Sequence record: OM982647
From: Escherichia phage ST2
Length of the DNA: 64,000 nt
Direction: 5' to 3' (one strand)
This document shows, one piece after another, positions 42,164-51,117 of this stretch. Both the position numbers and the translations under genes were made by a program. The notes beneath the pieces are model-generated. The model searched no databases. It had not been told where the DNA came from and was given only the letters and a program-made list of their open reading frames with translations. Numbering within the stretch: the stretch's first letter is position 1; each line of letters opens with the position of its first letter.

Positions 42164-42343
42164 TTAACCCTTCTTAAGTAAGTCGTAAAAACCACCGTTC
42201 ACATGTTTAGGAGCAGAAACCCGACGAGTAGACAGGCGATGACATTCAGGGCAAACATCGTTTTCTCGTTCAGAAATTCTTTTAATTTTTTCGTATTCAT
42301 GGCCACAATCTTCAGATTGGCATTTATAGTCGTATAACGGCAT
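42164..42343 (-). CDS. small zinc-ribbon protein (CxxC...CxxC, FmdB-like)
   Basis: 59-aa ORF missed by the 60-aa track cutoff: MPLYDYKCQSEDCGHEYEKIKRISERENDVCPECHRLSTRR...; start 3 nt after the upstream gene stop. Confidence 0.5.
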   Translation of the reverse strand: MPLYDYKCQSEDCGHEYEKIKRISERENDVCPECHRLSTRRVSAPKHVNGGFYDLLKKG

Positions 42344-42345
42344 TA

Positions 42346-42774
42346 TTATTCCTTAAAATGTGCTTTCAACATTTGATACAAAGACCATGCCTGGTCATTA
42401 TTTTCGATAGTAATCGTCATCACAGGAAATTCAGTCAATTCATCAAGTTCACCAGAATCTTGCTCTTCAGACGCTTGATACGGATTTCCAACTTCGTCAA
42501 AGAACTCTGCTTCATTCGTGGAGAGCCAGATAAAGTTTTCATCAAGGATATCACCGCCTGTTGCGTATCCAACCATGCCAGTAGATGTCACAATTTTAGT
42601 AGGACGACCAAGATGGTCAACATCTAATACTTTAAATGGTTCCATGCCAAGACGTCGTGCATAAATCCCATTATCAGTGTGGTTTTTAATAAACTCTTCT
42701 TGGACACGTTTATCTTTAAATTGGTACCATGAGTTAACGCGGAATTTATTAGCCATTAGTAAGTTTCCTTCCAA
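42346..42774 (-). CDS. hypothetical protein
   Basis: 142-aa ORF. Confidence 0.45.
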   Translation of the reverse strand: MEGNLLMANKFRVNSWYQFKDKRVQEEFIKNHTDNGIYARRLGMEPFKVLDVDHLGRPTKIVTSTGMVGYATGGDILDENFIWLSTNEAEFFDEVGNPYQASEEQDSGELDELTEFPVMTITIENNDQAWSLYQMLKAHFKE

Positions 42775-42983
42775 TAAGTTGTACCATTTTCAGTGATTTC
42801 ACGGAAGATACCATAGATAGGCATTTCATCACCGAGTTTTTCGTAAACGTAAACCACTTCAGTGTAGCATAAAAATTCAGTCCAGTTTTTCTGTACAACA
42901 ACTAAATCAGGATTAAACAGAACATCTTCAAACTCATCGATGTTTGAATCAGTAGTTACGTTTTTAATGATTTGACGTTTCAT
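42756..42983 (-). CDS. hypothetical protein
   Basis: track ORF trimmed to Met with GAGGAG ribosome-binding site (75 aa); early promoter element lies upstream. Confidence 0.4.
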   Translation of the reverse strand: MKRQIIKNVTTDSNIDEFEDVLFNPDLVVVQKNWTEFLCYTEVVYVYEKLGDEMPIYGIFREITENGTTYWKETY

Positions 42984-42994
42984 AATATTCTCCT

Positions 42995-43045
42995 CTTGTT
43001 TTGATAGGTCTATAGTATCATAAACCAGAGGAGAAGTAAACAACT
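42995..43045 (-). promoter_or_regulatory. early promoter-like element (GTTTAC ... TACTATAGACCTATCAA)
   Basis: read on minus strand. Confidence 0.4.
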
Positions 43046-43465
43046 TTATGCAAAAGATGCTGGACAATATTTTTTGATTTGGAACTCAGGAACTACCATG
43101 AACTGTCCAGCAAAAACAATGTTATAAAGCTTGACGCCATCTTCAACCCATTGGTCCGAAATAAAACCAGCAACTTTATTCGTTGTCCATGGAGACCCGT
43201 CAGTTGCAGCAGCAATAGTAAATTCATGGTCTTTTACAACTAAAACAGATCTGCACAGTTTCCATTTGAACGCACGTTCTTCTGGCTCAATGAACTGGCT
43301 TGAGACGTAGCCAATGTTGCCATCAGCATCACGAACTTTAACTTGATGTGGACTAAAGAGTCCACAACTTACAGAAAGAACTTCAACCAACTTCCCGGCA
43401 ACTTTAGAGCGAGAAGCAACAGATACATATACGTAATCACCTGTAGAGAGATTTACAATATTCAT
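43046..43465 (-). CDS. hypothetical protein, tandem paralogue A (KOW-like N-terminus)
   Basis: 139 aa; shares VSRSK(V/A)AG(K/R)LVEV and GFISDQWVEDG(V/E)KLYNIVF with the adjacent ORF. Confidence 0.5.
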   Translation of the reverse strand: MNIVNLSTGDYVYVSVASRSKVAGKLVEVLSVSCGLFSPHQVKVRDADGNIGYVSSQFIEPEERAFKWKLCRSVLVVKDHEFTIAAATDGSPWTTNKVAGFISDQWVEDGVKLYNIVFAGQFMVVPEFQIKKYCPASFA

Positions 43466-43474
43466 AATAATTCC

Positions 43475-43930
43475 TTAAGCTTTAAGAGGAGACACATAGC
43501 GAGTGATTTCAGATTCTTTAACAACTCGGAAGTCACCTAAGAATACGATATTGTATAACTTTTCACCATCTTCAACCCATTGGTCACTAATGAAGCCACA
43601 CATAGTATCAGTTTTGCTTGGATAACCGTGTTCGTCGATGTAATCAAATTCTTTATCGGTTATAAATTCAACGCCTTTGCAAAGGGCCCATTTGAACTGT
43701 ACATTAGGTTTGGTAGAAGCAAAATGAGCGCTCACAGGAGTTTCCAAGAATTTAGGACTTACATAAGCGAACTGAACATCTTTTTGCCCAAAGTTATGAA
43801 TGATTCGAACTTTAACTTCTTTAATGCGTCCCATGCCATTTGTGCGAAGTCCCACCACTTCAACCAATCGTCCTGCAGCTTTAGAACGAGATACAGGCGA
43901 TACATACTTAATTTCACCAATAGTAATCAT
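43475..43930 (-). CDS. hypothetical protein, tandem paralogue B
   Basis: 151 aa; see paralogue A. Confidence 0.5.
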   Translation of the reverse strand: MITIGEIKYVSPVSRSKAAGRLVEVVGLRTNGMGRIKEVKVRIIHNFGQKDVQFAYVSPKFLETPVSAHFASTKPNVQFKWALCKGVEFITDKEFDYIDEHGYPSKTDTMCGFISDQWVEDGEKLYNIVFLGDFRVVKESEITRYVSPLKA

Positions 43931-43997
43931 AATTTCTCTCTCTCTTTGTTTAAATTTAATTCATTATACTCCAACCATCCTTGGTTGTAAACTGGTT

Positions 43998-44675
43998 TTA
44001 TCGCTGTTTTACACTTAACGGGTCAGGATTCTCAGGGACATCTTCAAGGCCAAGCGCATAACGCTGAGCATATTTTAACATCAAAATATCTTTAGCACAA
44101 TCATGAATACTATCATGGGCAACGAATCCTTTTAGCGTACCCATCGGTAATGGACACATACTTAATCCTCGTGTCAACGAGTAAGCTTCGATTGCCGTAC
44201 GAATATCGCGTTGAGCCCAGAATTTAACCGGTTCTAATTTATCAGTATCAATATCTGGTTCAAGAACACCTTCATCACGATAGAGGTCACGAATCAAATC
44301 GACCAAGATCGGGAAGTCAAAGCTCATACCACGGCACCACATCTGTGATTTCCATTGGTCAACTTTATTATCTCGGCAATAGTCTAAAAAGATTTTAATG
44401 CCTTCAAGCGTAGTGACATCGTCTTCAGACGGGGCCAAGTTTTTACGCGCTTCAGCCGATTGTTCTTTCCACCATTTCATAGTGGATTTAGCGAAAACTC
44501 TCTTCCCTTTCTGAGAAGCTAAATTAAATTTAATTCGCTTACCACGTTGAACAAGTTCTTCAAATGATTCAACAACTTCAGGGTCGGAATTATATGCAAT
44601 AACCGCAAGGTCAATAACGGCCGCTTTTGATGTATTGCCGAATGTTTCAAAATCTATAATAACATCAGTGCTCAT
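43998..44675 (-). CDS. dexA: exonuclease A (DnaQ-like 3'-5' exonuclease)
   Basis: 225 aa; N-terminal IIDFETFG exonuclease motif; T4 DexA position and length (227 aa). Confidence 0.85.
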   Translation of the reverse strand: MSTDVIIDFETFGNTSKAAVIDLAVIAYNSDPEVVESFEELVQRGKRIKFNLASQKGKRVFAKSTMKWWKEQSAEARKNLAPSEDDVTTLEGIKIFLDYCRDNKVDQWKSQMWCRGMSFDFPILVDLIRDLYRDEGVLEPDIDTDKLEPVKFWAQRDIRTAIEAYSLTRGLSMCPLPMGTLKGFVAHDSIHDCAKDILMLKYAQRYALGLEDVPENPDPLSVKQR

Positions 44676-44684
44676 AATTTTCTC

Positions 44685-45998
44685 TCAAATAAAATGGACG
44701 TCAAAACGACCACGAGTCGTGCCGACATACAATAACTGTTTAGCTAATTCTGAATCGGCATAATGGATACACGGTGTATAAACAAAGGCCGTGTCAACAG
44801 ACATACCCTGGGCCTTATGGAAGGTTGATACTGGTAGCGCCTTCACCTTAGTGAACATACGTTTAGCATCCCAGAATTCGCTCCATGGAGCTTTACCACC
44901 TTTATTCCAGAATTTATATGTTTCTGCGGCCTTAGCCAAAAACAAATTGAATTTATAAAGCTCTTCTTCAGAAGAAATAACCTTTATATCTTCTCGGATG
45001 TATTCTTCATCATCCCCATATGTTTCTACTGTAAGATTCCAGTATCGTATCATATATTCGCCTGAAACGCCACGTGCTTTAACGAATGTAGACGTTTCTA
45101 CAGCATCTCGAATACGAACGAATTGCCCATTATTGAAAAGCATTTCGGTCATATTTTTACCATCTAGCTTGTACGTCTTAGTAAACGGCTCTTGTAGAAC
45201 AATGACTTCGTCTTTAATAAATGGTTTTTCTGTTTCAAGAAGTTTTCGGCGAATAATTGAATTTAACTTGTCCACCGACTTATTTGTGAATGCCATCATT
45301 CGATTTTCGAAAAGGTCTTCAGGAGTTTTAACGACGTTAAAATAGTTCATCATATACGATTTAAGGTCTGTATATCCGTGAACACCGTGTCCATCAACTA
45401 CTTTATCGTAAATCCATTTGCCATTACGAATATCAGTCGCAACATCAATAATTGGTGCATTGCTACGTTTAACTTCTGTAAGGTTGCATTGCACGAAGTC
45501 TTTGTGAGTGAAGAAAGGACTTAGATACGCAGTTGATTCGCCTGGGTCTACCGGACGAATCTGGCATCGGTCGCCGATTCCAATTACTGTACACCATTTA
45601 GGGATACTAGCTAACATTATTTTAAACAGAGAACGGTCGCACATTGACGCTTCATCAAATAACAGTACACGACACAAGGCTAAGTCGGGAACCTTTTTCT
45701 GTTCAAACAATACGTTTTCTTCGTATGTAGTTGGGTTGATTTTAAGAATGCTATGAATAGTCGATGCTTCTTGGCCCGCAAGTTTGCTTAGAACCTTTTT
45801 AGCAGCATGTGTAGGGGCTGCTAAAATAATACCTGATTCTCCAGAAGAAATAAGGGCTTCAACGATGAATCTAGTAAGGGTTGTTTTACCTGTACCAGCA
45901 GGCCCATTAATAGTTACGTGATGTTTCTTTTCTTTAATAGCTTTCATAACAACGTTGAAGGCGTTTTTCTGGCCTTCAGTCAAATCATCAAATGTCAT
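44685..45998 (-). CDS. dda: Dda DNA helicase (SF1B)
   Basis: 437 aa; Walker A GPAGTGKTT and strong overall match to recalled T4 Dda (439 aa). Confidence 0.95.
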   Translation of the reverse strand: MTFDDLTEGQKNAFNVVMKAIKEKKHHVTINGPAGTGKTTLTRFIVEALISSGESGIILAAPTHAAKKVLSKLAGQEASTIHSILKINPTTYEENVLFEQKKVPDLALCRVLLFDEASMCDRSLFKIMLASIPKWCTVIGIGDRCQIRPVDPGESTAYLSPFFTHKDFVQCNLTEVKRSNAPIIDVATDIRNGKWIYDKVVDGHGVHGYTDLKSYMMNYFNVVKTPEDLFENRMMAFTNKSVDKLNSIIRRKLLETEKPFIKDEVIVLQEPFTKTYKLDGKNMTEMLFNNGQFVRIRDAVETSTFVKARGVSGEYMIRYWNLTVETYGDDEEYIREDIKVISSEEELYKFNLFLAKAAETYKFWNKGGKAPWSEFWDAKRMFTKVKALPVSTFHKAQGMSVDTAFVYTPCIHYADSELAKQLLYVGTTRGRFDVHFI

Positions 45999-46306
45999 CG
46001 TAAAGTCCCTGCAATTGGAATACTAACAATACGGCCTGTGTCCAGGATTCGTTGATACAATCTTTGCGTCTCCGCATCTAGTTTAATGTGTTTCATTTCG
46101 AGCTTATTAAACCAGAACTTACGCGGAGTTTCGACCATTCTTAGAACTCCCATTTTTAAATCTGTTTTATACTGTGTTTTCAAAGTATCGAAAACTTTAT
46201 CTGCAATATCCTTTCTAAAAAATACTGCAGGACGATGCTCATCAAGTGGAACCGGGACAGTAAATCCTTCCATATCTCGATAAACTATTGCATATACATA
46301 AACCAT
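45995..46306 (-). CDS. hypothetical protein (dda.1 position)
   Basis: 103-aa ORF. Confidence 0.4.
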   Translation of the reverse strand: MVYVYAIVYRDMEGFTVPVPLDEHRPAVFFRKDIADKVFDTLKTQYKTDLKMGVLRMVETPRKFWFNKLEMKHIKLDAETQRLYQRILDTGRIVSIPIAGTLR

Positions 46307-46308
46307 AA

Positions 46309-47055
46309 TTAACCTTTAATCAGTTGGAATAATGATGCGCTAAGTGGTAAGCCACGTTTCAATTTTAATTTACCAATGAAACCAATCTTTTCAAAACGTT
46401 GCAGACCTTGGATAACTTTATCATATGTATCGAAAAGCGATTCAGCGTCAGTTAATTTAGTTTTAGTTTTCCAGTCAGAGCCTTTAAGAAGAACGTTGAG
46501 TTTAGTAAGTTCATGGCCTTCTGCTTGATGTGAGCCATTAATGCGTGCTTTCAAAGCAACAATTCTAAGTTTAGATTCGTTAGATAAAGGTTGATTTTTC
46601 ATCATGTTTGCCATATGCTTAACACGATTTTCACGTTTTGCTCGGATTTTTAAAATAGTACCATAAACCTTTTTAATTTGGGCCCATTTCTTCTCGTCGA
46701 GATTAAGTTTCTCTACTTTACGGGCAGAAGGATTAGCGATACGTCTTGCAACGGCATCACGTTTCTCAATAAGTTCTTCTAATGTTAAATCAGAACGAGC
46801 CGTGTTATATTTTTTCTTAACTGGGATGACATTACCTTTAATGTAGCCTATATCATTATTAAAACGTTCTAAGGATAATTTCTCACCTTCAACAGAGTTA
46901 TTAAAAGATTCACCTGAGTAAGCGCAGACCTTTTGATCAAGAATGTTTTTAAGGTAATTAAAGTCTAAGTTAAAATCCTTAGAGCGTCTCTTCGCAGAAG
47001 CTCTGGTGTGATCAAGACGACGATTAATTTTGTTAATTTTATTATTTGATAACAT
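46309..47055 (-). CDS. hypothetical basic protein (Srd-like position)
   Basis: 248-aa ORF between dda and modA; assignment by synteny and size only. Confidence 0.35.
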   Translation of the reverse strand: MLSNNKINKINRRLDHTRASAKRRSKDFNLDFNYLKNILDQKVCAYSGESFNNSVEGEKLSLERFNNDIGYIKGNVIPVKKKYNTARSDLTLEELIEKRDAVARRIANPSARKVEKLNLDEKKWAQIKKVYGTILKIRAKRENRVKHMANMMKNQPLSNESKLRIVALKARINGSHQAEGHELTKLNVLLKGSDWKTKTKLTDAESLFDTYDKVIQGLQRFEKIGFIGKLKLKRGLPLSASLFQLIKG

Positions 47056-47208
47056 AATATTTTCCTCTGTCTTACGGACGTTAAGGTCATTTAGCTGATA
47101 AGCTTATAATATCATGCCCTCAGGTAGTGTACACTCTTTTTTCATAAAATGCTTTAATTTTTTATGTGTTATAATGGTTCTGAGTTCCATCCGGTTATTC
47201 CAATTCAG

Positions 47209-47817
47209 TCAGTAACTGACAATAGTCAGATTCCAGATTGTATAACGTCCATCTTGAATAATAGAATCTACACGCAGTGTAGTCCCTATAGGGAGCATAA
47301 ATTCACATTCGTCAGATATAAGTCTAGCATTAGACCGTCTTGTCGCTTCAGGGAAAGCTCCATTGAACTCACAAGATGGCGCAGCCAGAATCATGTTAAG
47401 CATATGTTCACGGAAGTTGAAAGCAAATGGTGCATCTTTGATGCAGAACATATTAAATGTTCCGTAAAAATTATACGAAGCAAAGTTACGTGCTACACCG
47501 AACACTGGGCTGAAGCTCATTACTCTGTCAAATTTAATAATACTACCAATGCCTTTATCATCGAGTGTGGCCATAGTTTTCTTAGAGATTCCACGATACA
47601 TTGTCTCAGGAACAGAAGACGACCAATTTCTACGAACAATTGCACTTAAATCTTGTTGGATGCTATCGGGCTTGTTTTCCATACACTGCCATAGTACACT
47701 TTGTTCAATGTCGCTGAATTGCTCATCGATTTTGTACTGAAGCATATCTTGATAATCCGGGCATTGAGCACGACGAACCATTTCCTCAATTTCACATTCA
47801 TTATACGGCATAAACAT
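47209..47817 (-). CDS. modA: ADP-ribosyltransferase ModA-like
   Basis: 202 aa; paralogous to next ORF (shared YRG(I/V), NAPF, NMxNI(V/I)LA motifs); order and sizes as T4 modA/modB; which copy is A or B is uncertain. Confidence 0.6.
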   Translation of the reverse strand: MFMPYNECEIEEMVRRAQCPDYQDMLQYKIDEQFSDIEQSVLWQCMENKPDSIQQDLSAIVRRNWSSSVPETMYRGISKKTMATLDDKGIGSIIKFDRVMSFSPVFGVARNFASYNFYGTFNMFCIKDAPFAFNFREHMLNMILAAPSCEFNGAFPEATRRSNARLISDECEFMLPIGTTLRVDSIIQDGRYTIWNLTIVSY

Positions 47818-47874
47818 TTATGTTTCTCCTGTGGTTGATAAAGATATAGTATCATCATCGGAAGAGTTTGTACA

Positions 47875-48456
47875 CTAAAAATTCAACATTTTCAAATGAA
47901 TGATTTTGTATAATCGAGATAAAGGGTCATATTCTAAGTCTTCAATTTCCACAATCTCAAATCTAGAGATACCTGAGACCATGTACTCTTGTTCAGATTC
48001 AATCATATCTAGGACGTCAACACGCTTTTCTTCCATAACATGCTTAGGGTTCTTTCCGGCGAGTACAATGTTAACCATGTTTTGGTAGTAATCAAAAATG
48101 AATGGAGCATTCCTGAGACTAAGAATAGTGTACGTCTGATATTCCCATATCCCGGAGAATTGACGAGCTGTACTGAAATCAGTTGTGAACGATGTTACTC
48201 GTCCAGGAGACCAATGGCATCCAACAGAAAGAAGGGAAAGACGTTCTGCTTCTTCTGGAGTTACACCACGGTAGAGTTCTACTGGTACTGTAGAAGTCAT
48301 ATGCTTACGAACAAGATGGTCTAATTCATAGTGGAAATCCGGGTCTTCCTTAGAATCGGTGCAAGCCCAGAGAATGTTTTGTTCTTGGCGGGTGAATTTG
48401 CTATCAATCAGATTTGTTAGGTATTCACGTTCTTGAAGTTCAGATTGACATGTCAT
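47875..48456 (-). CDS. modB: ADP-ribosyltransferase ModB-like
   Basis: 193 aa paralogue of previous ORF. Confidence 0.6.
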   Translation of the reverse strand: MTCQSELQEREYLTNLIDSKFTRQEQNILWACTDSKEDPDFHYELDHLVRKHMTSTVPVELYRGVTPEEAERLSLLSVGCHWSPGRVTSFTTDFSTARQFSGIWEYQTYTILSLRNAPFIFDYYQNMVNIVLAGKNPKHVMEEKRVDVLDMIESEQEYMVSGISRFEIVEIEDLEYDPLSRLYKIIHLKMLNF

Positions 48457-48487
48457 GATAGACCTCCATTTAAAGATAAGCCTATCA

Positions 48488-48524
48488 TAACACGAGAGGA
48501 GGGAATGTAAACTACTTTTTAAGC
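48488..48524 (-). promoter_or_regulatory. early promoter GTTTAC-N17-TATGATA upstream of modB-like gene
   Basis: read on minus strand. Confidence 0.45.
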
Positions 48525-48660
48525 TTTCCTACTAAAGGTCCATCAGGACCAGGTTGTTCTAACATGAATAAGGATGCTTTAAAAAGCAATGTCAACCCTT
48601 TCACCATTCGATACCATGTCTCAAAGTCTTTTTCCTTGATTTCTAGTAAGAATTTCTCTT

Positions 48661-48849
48661 TCATTTCCAAGGACTCCATGGTGGTGGGTCGTCATAATAA
48701 GAGGCAAGGTCTTTCAGGGCTTCGACAGGTAAACTAAAGCCGTGTCGTTGTATAATACTATCTAGTTCATCAACAAGTTCACTACGATGCACTTTAGGAG
48801 CCTTGACTTCAGGCTCATCAAACATACTCATCAAGTCCATATTATTCAC
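48661..48849 (-). CDS. hypothetical protein
   Basis: 62-aa ORF. Confidence 0.35.
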   Translation of the reverse strand: MNNMDLMSMFDEPEVKAPKVHRSELVDELDSIIQRHGFSLPVEALKDLASYYDDPPPWSPWK

Positions 48850-49306
48850 CGAGATAAAAACTAGCAGGTTCAGAGAACGTTTCTAGTGCTACACCTTTTG
48901 TCTTAAAAAATTTCCAAATAGCTCGTTGCAAATGGATTAAATCTGCTAATGATGTAATAAAGTATTTTTTGGCAAAATACTTGTGGTCTCGCTTTTCAAA
49001 CAAGTCTAAACGCTTTTCAGGATTCACATAAACGGCATTTTCCGTAGATTCATAACCTAAGTCCTTTATGCCTTCTTCAAGACTAAACGGAGAATTTTTA
49101 GAACGAGTAATAGCTCCAACTCGCTCTACACGAATTTTGTAACCTTTAGGAATCTGTAATTTGCAGAATTCTTCTACGATATATTGCGGATTATTTAGAC
49201 TTTTGTTAATGAGAATAGCTATTTCTAGTGGAGTCTTATCTTCCACTGGTATATGTTTAAATGACTTGGCTTCAAGCAAATACATTTTAAATAGCATAGC
49301 ATCCAT
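48842..49306 (-). CDS. hypothetical protein
   Basis: 154-aa ORF. Confidence 0.45.
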   Translation of the reverse strand: MDAMLFKMYLLEAKSFKHIPVEDKTPLEIAILINKSLNNPQYIVEEFCKLQIPKGYKIRVERVGAITRSKNSPFSLEEGIKDLGYESTENAVYVNPEKRLDLFEKRDHKYFAKKYFITSLADLIHLQRAIWKFFKTKGVALETFSEPASFYLGE

Positions 49307-49481
49307 TATAATTTCCTCGATGGTTCACCCATATAAAGTTTTACAATACGTTCGCCTTCATCTTCGACGAGCTTTTCTTCATGTTTCTGGAATTCTTTAG
49401 CCATATTCTCTTCAAGAACATCCAGCCAATCTTCTGGACCGACGCCATCATTCCAGCTTTTAAACCATTTTACTATTCTGT

Positions 49482-49682
49482 TCATTCACAGCTCCCTGAG
49501 CTTGAACCACAATCAGAATAACTTGACCCAGAATCACCAGGCCAAGACGATACGTATGAATGATTATAACTTGAAGAGTTTGAAGCATTAACATGTTTTG
49601 TTTTTGGACGAACAACTTCTTCCATCATGCCGTCACCAATGTATTCCCAACTTTTTTCGTGTGTATCAGGAATAGGCATCAT
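49482..49682 (-). CDS. hypothetical Ser-rich protein
   Basis: track ORF 49482..49805 trimmed to internal Met pair to avoid overlap with the upstream ORF. Confidence 0.3.
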   Translation of the reverse strand: MMPIPDTHEKSWEYIGDGMMEEVVRPKTKHVNASNSSSYNHSYVSSWPGDSGSSYSDCGSSSGSCE

Positions 49683-49695
49683 ACCTTCGCCAGGT

Positions 49696-49923
49696 TTAGC
49701 AGCAAACAACTTCTTCAGCATCGTAAGCATTAATTGTTCCTCGAACAAAACGAACATCGCCATCATCCCAACGAATTTCGGCATTAAATTTGACGTCTTC
49801 ACCATCCATCATGAATGAGTGTACGACTACATCATCATAATATCCAAGACCGTATTTCAACGAAACTTCTTGAGCAATCAAAGCACCTAATGTGTTATTA
49901 GGTTTAATCCAACGATTTAACAT
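49696..49923 (-). CDS. hypothetical protein
   Basis: track ORF trimmed to Met with AGAGGAG ribosome-binding site (75 aa). Confidence 0.4.
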   Translation of the reverse strand: MLNRWIKPNNTLGALIAQEVSLKYGLGYYDDVVVHSFMMDGEDVKFNAEIRWDDGDVRFVRGTINAYDAEEVVCC

Positions 49924-49999
49924 ATTGTTCTCCTCTTGAGTAAGTAAGAATATCTTAACACAGTTTTTAGTGGTTGTAAACTGTAGAAACAAAAAAAAA

Positions 50000-50017
50000 G
50001 GAATCCCGAAGGATTCC
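50000..50017 (-). terminator. terminator hairpin GGAATCCttcgGGATTCC with T9 run downstream of soc
   Basis: perfect 7-bp stem; nine A on plus strand = U-run on minus transcript. Confidence 0.55.
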
Positions 50018-50026
50018 TTAAATTAT

Positions 50027-50263
50027 TTAACCGCTTACTGGTGTAGGGGTAAACATTGCAGCATTCTTAGTTTTCCAAGTTGCTGCATCAGAAACGACAT
50101 CAGAATAAGCTGCCTTTTCTGACGGAAAGATTTGATAATGAGAATCTGCAATCCGATGTTCGTTTGAATAAATCTCAAACGGTACAGAAACTTCCATACC
50201 TTTAACTTCTTTGCCTTCACCAGCCGGACGTGTAAAGGTTTTGATATTAACGTAACCACCCAT
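50027..50263 (-). CDS. soc: small outer capsid protein Soc
   Basis: 78 aa; GYVNIKTF ... YQIFPSEKAAYS match recalled T4 Soc. Confidence 0.85.
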   Translation of the reverse strand: MGGYVNIKTFTRPAGEGKEVKGMEVSVPFEIYSNEHRIADSHYQIFPSEKAAYSDVVSDAATWKTKNAAMFTPTPVSG

Positions 50264-50308
50264 AATTAACTCCTTTGTTGTTTAATTACAGGTGTATTTA
50301 TAACTTAA

Positions 50309-50845
50309 TCAGTAACCATTATCCTGACGTTCAAAGTTGTGTTGGTTTTTCAAGTAGTAAAGTTTAAAGATTTCTTCAGCAGAAAGACCCAGACCTTGGA
50401 ACATATTTAGAACGAAATGCAGAATATCAATCATTTCAAATTTAATTTCAAGTTGGTCTTCAGGAGACAGTTCATCGATACGACGATTTCGATATTCAGC
50501 ATGTTGTGCTTTCCATGGCTTCCAAACACTGCTAGCGGCTTTCTCACCATTGCTCATACCGCCAAGTGAAGTCAACAGTTCACGGAATTCATCATCAATA
50601 TAATCTTTCTGATTACGCAGCCAATCAACAACATCGCCAGCAGTGGCCAATTCATCAGGATGTTTGTTATGTTCAGGCTTGTCATTTGCCAGACGAACCT
50701 GTAAAGATTTCTGCATATCAAGCATTACCTGCAGTGGGTCTTTATCTTCGTGAATCAGAGCATTAAAATAAGCTTCTTCTGCTTTATCAACACCAGAAAT
50801 AAGTTGTGAACATTCGTTAAAGTGTGCCATTATTTTTCCTTTCAA
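50309..50845 (-). CDS. 56: dCTP pyrophosphatase gp56 (MazG-like)
   Basis: 178 aa; position upstream of soc, size near T4 gp56 (171 aa). Confidence 0.7.
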   Translation of the reverse strand: MKGKIMAHFNECSQLISGVDKAEEAYFNALIHEDKDPLQVMLDMQKSLQVRLANDKPEHNKHPDELATAGDVVDWLRNQKDYIDDEFRELLTSLGGMSNGEKAASSVWKPWKAQHAEYRNRRIDELSPEDQLEIKFEMIDILHFVLNMFQGLGLSAEEIFKLYYLKNQHNFERQDNGY

Positions 50846-50919
50846 TTCAGTATAAGAGAGTTAATTCTAACATTAATTTTATAAAGCGTAATAAATAATA
50901 AGGTAACTAAGGAGATATT

Positions 50920-51117
50920 ATGTTTAAACTTCCATCGTTAATCAACGCTATTAAAGGCAATAAAAAGAAAACTGCTATCGCCGCAATAGTTGTAGGTGGC
51001 ATTATTTCATGGAACTTCGGTATCGCACCATTATTAGTTGCTAATGGTATTATAGTTCCTTCTGTTCCATTGGATACTGTAGTTGATTTGGCCTTTGCTT
51101 TAGTTGGGCTTGTTTAA
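50920..51117 (+). CDS. small membrane protein (two predicted TM helices), convergent with flanking genes
   Basis: 65-aa ORF with strong AAGGAG ribosome-binding site 7 nt before ATG; hydrophobic segments AIAAIVVGGIISW and VVDLAFALVGLV. Confidence 0.5.
   Translation: MFKLPSLINAIKGNKKKTAIAAIVVGGIISWNFGIAPLLVANGIIVPSVPLDTVVDLAFALVGLV

Noticed and set aside
46309-47055. Possible homing endonuclease in the 248-aa ORF
   Set aside because: The CxYSG...GYxKGN segment superficially resembles a nuclease motif but lacks the His/Asn residues of HNH or the GIY-YIG pair; left as an Srd-like hypothetical by position.
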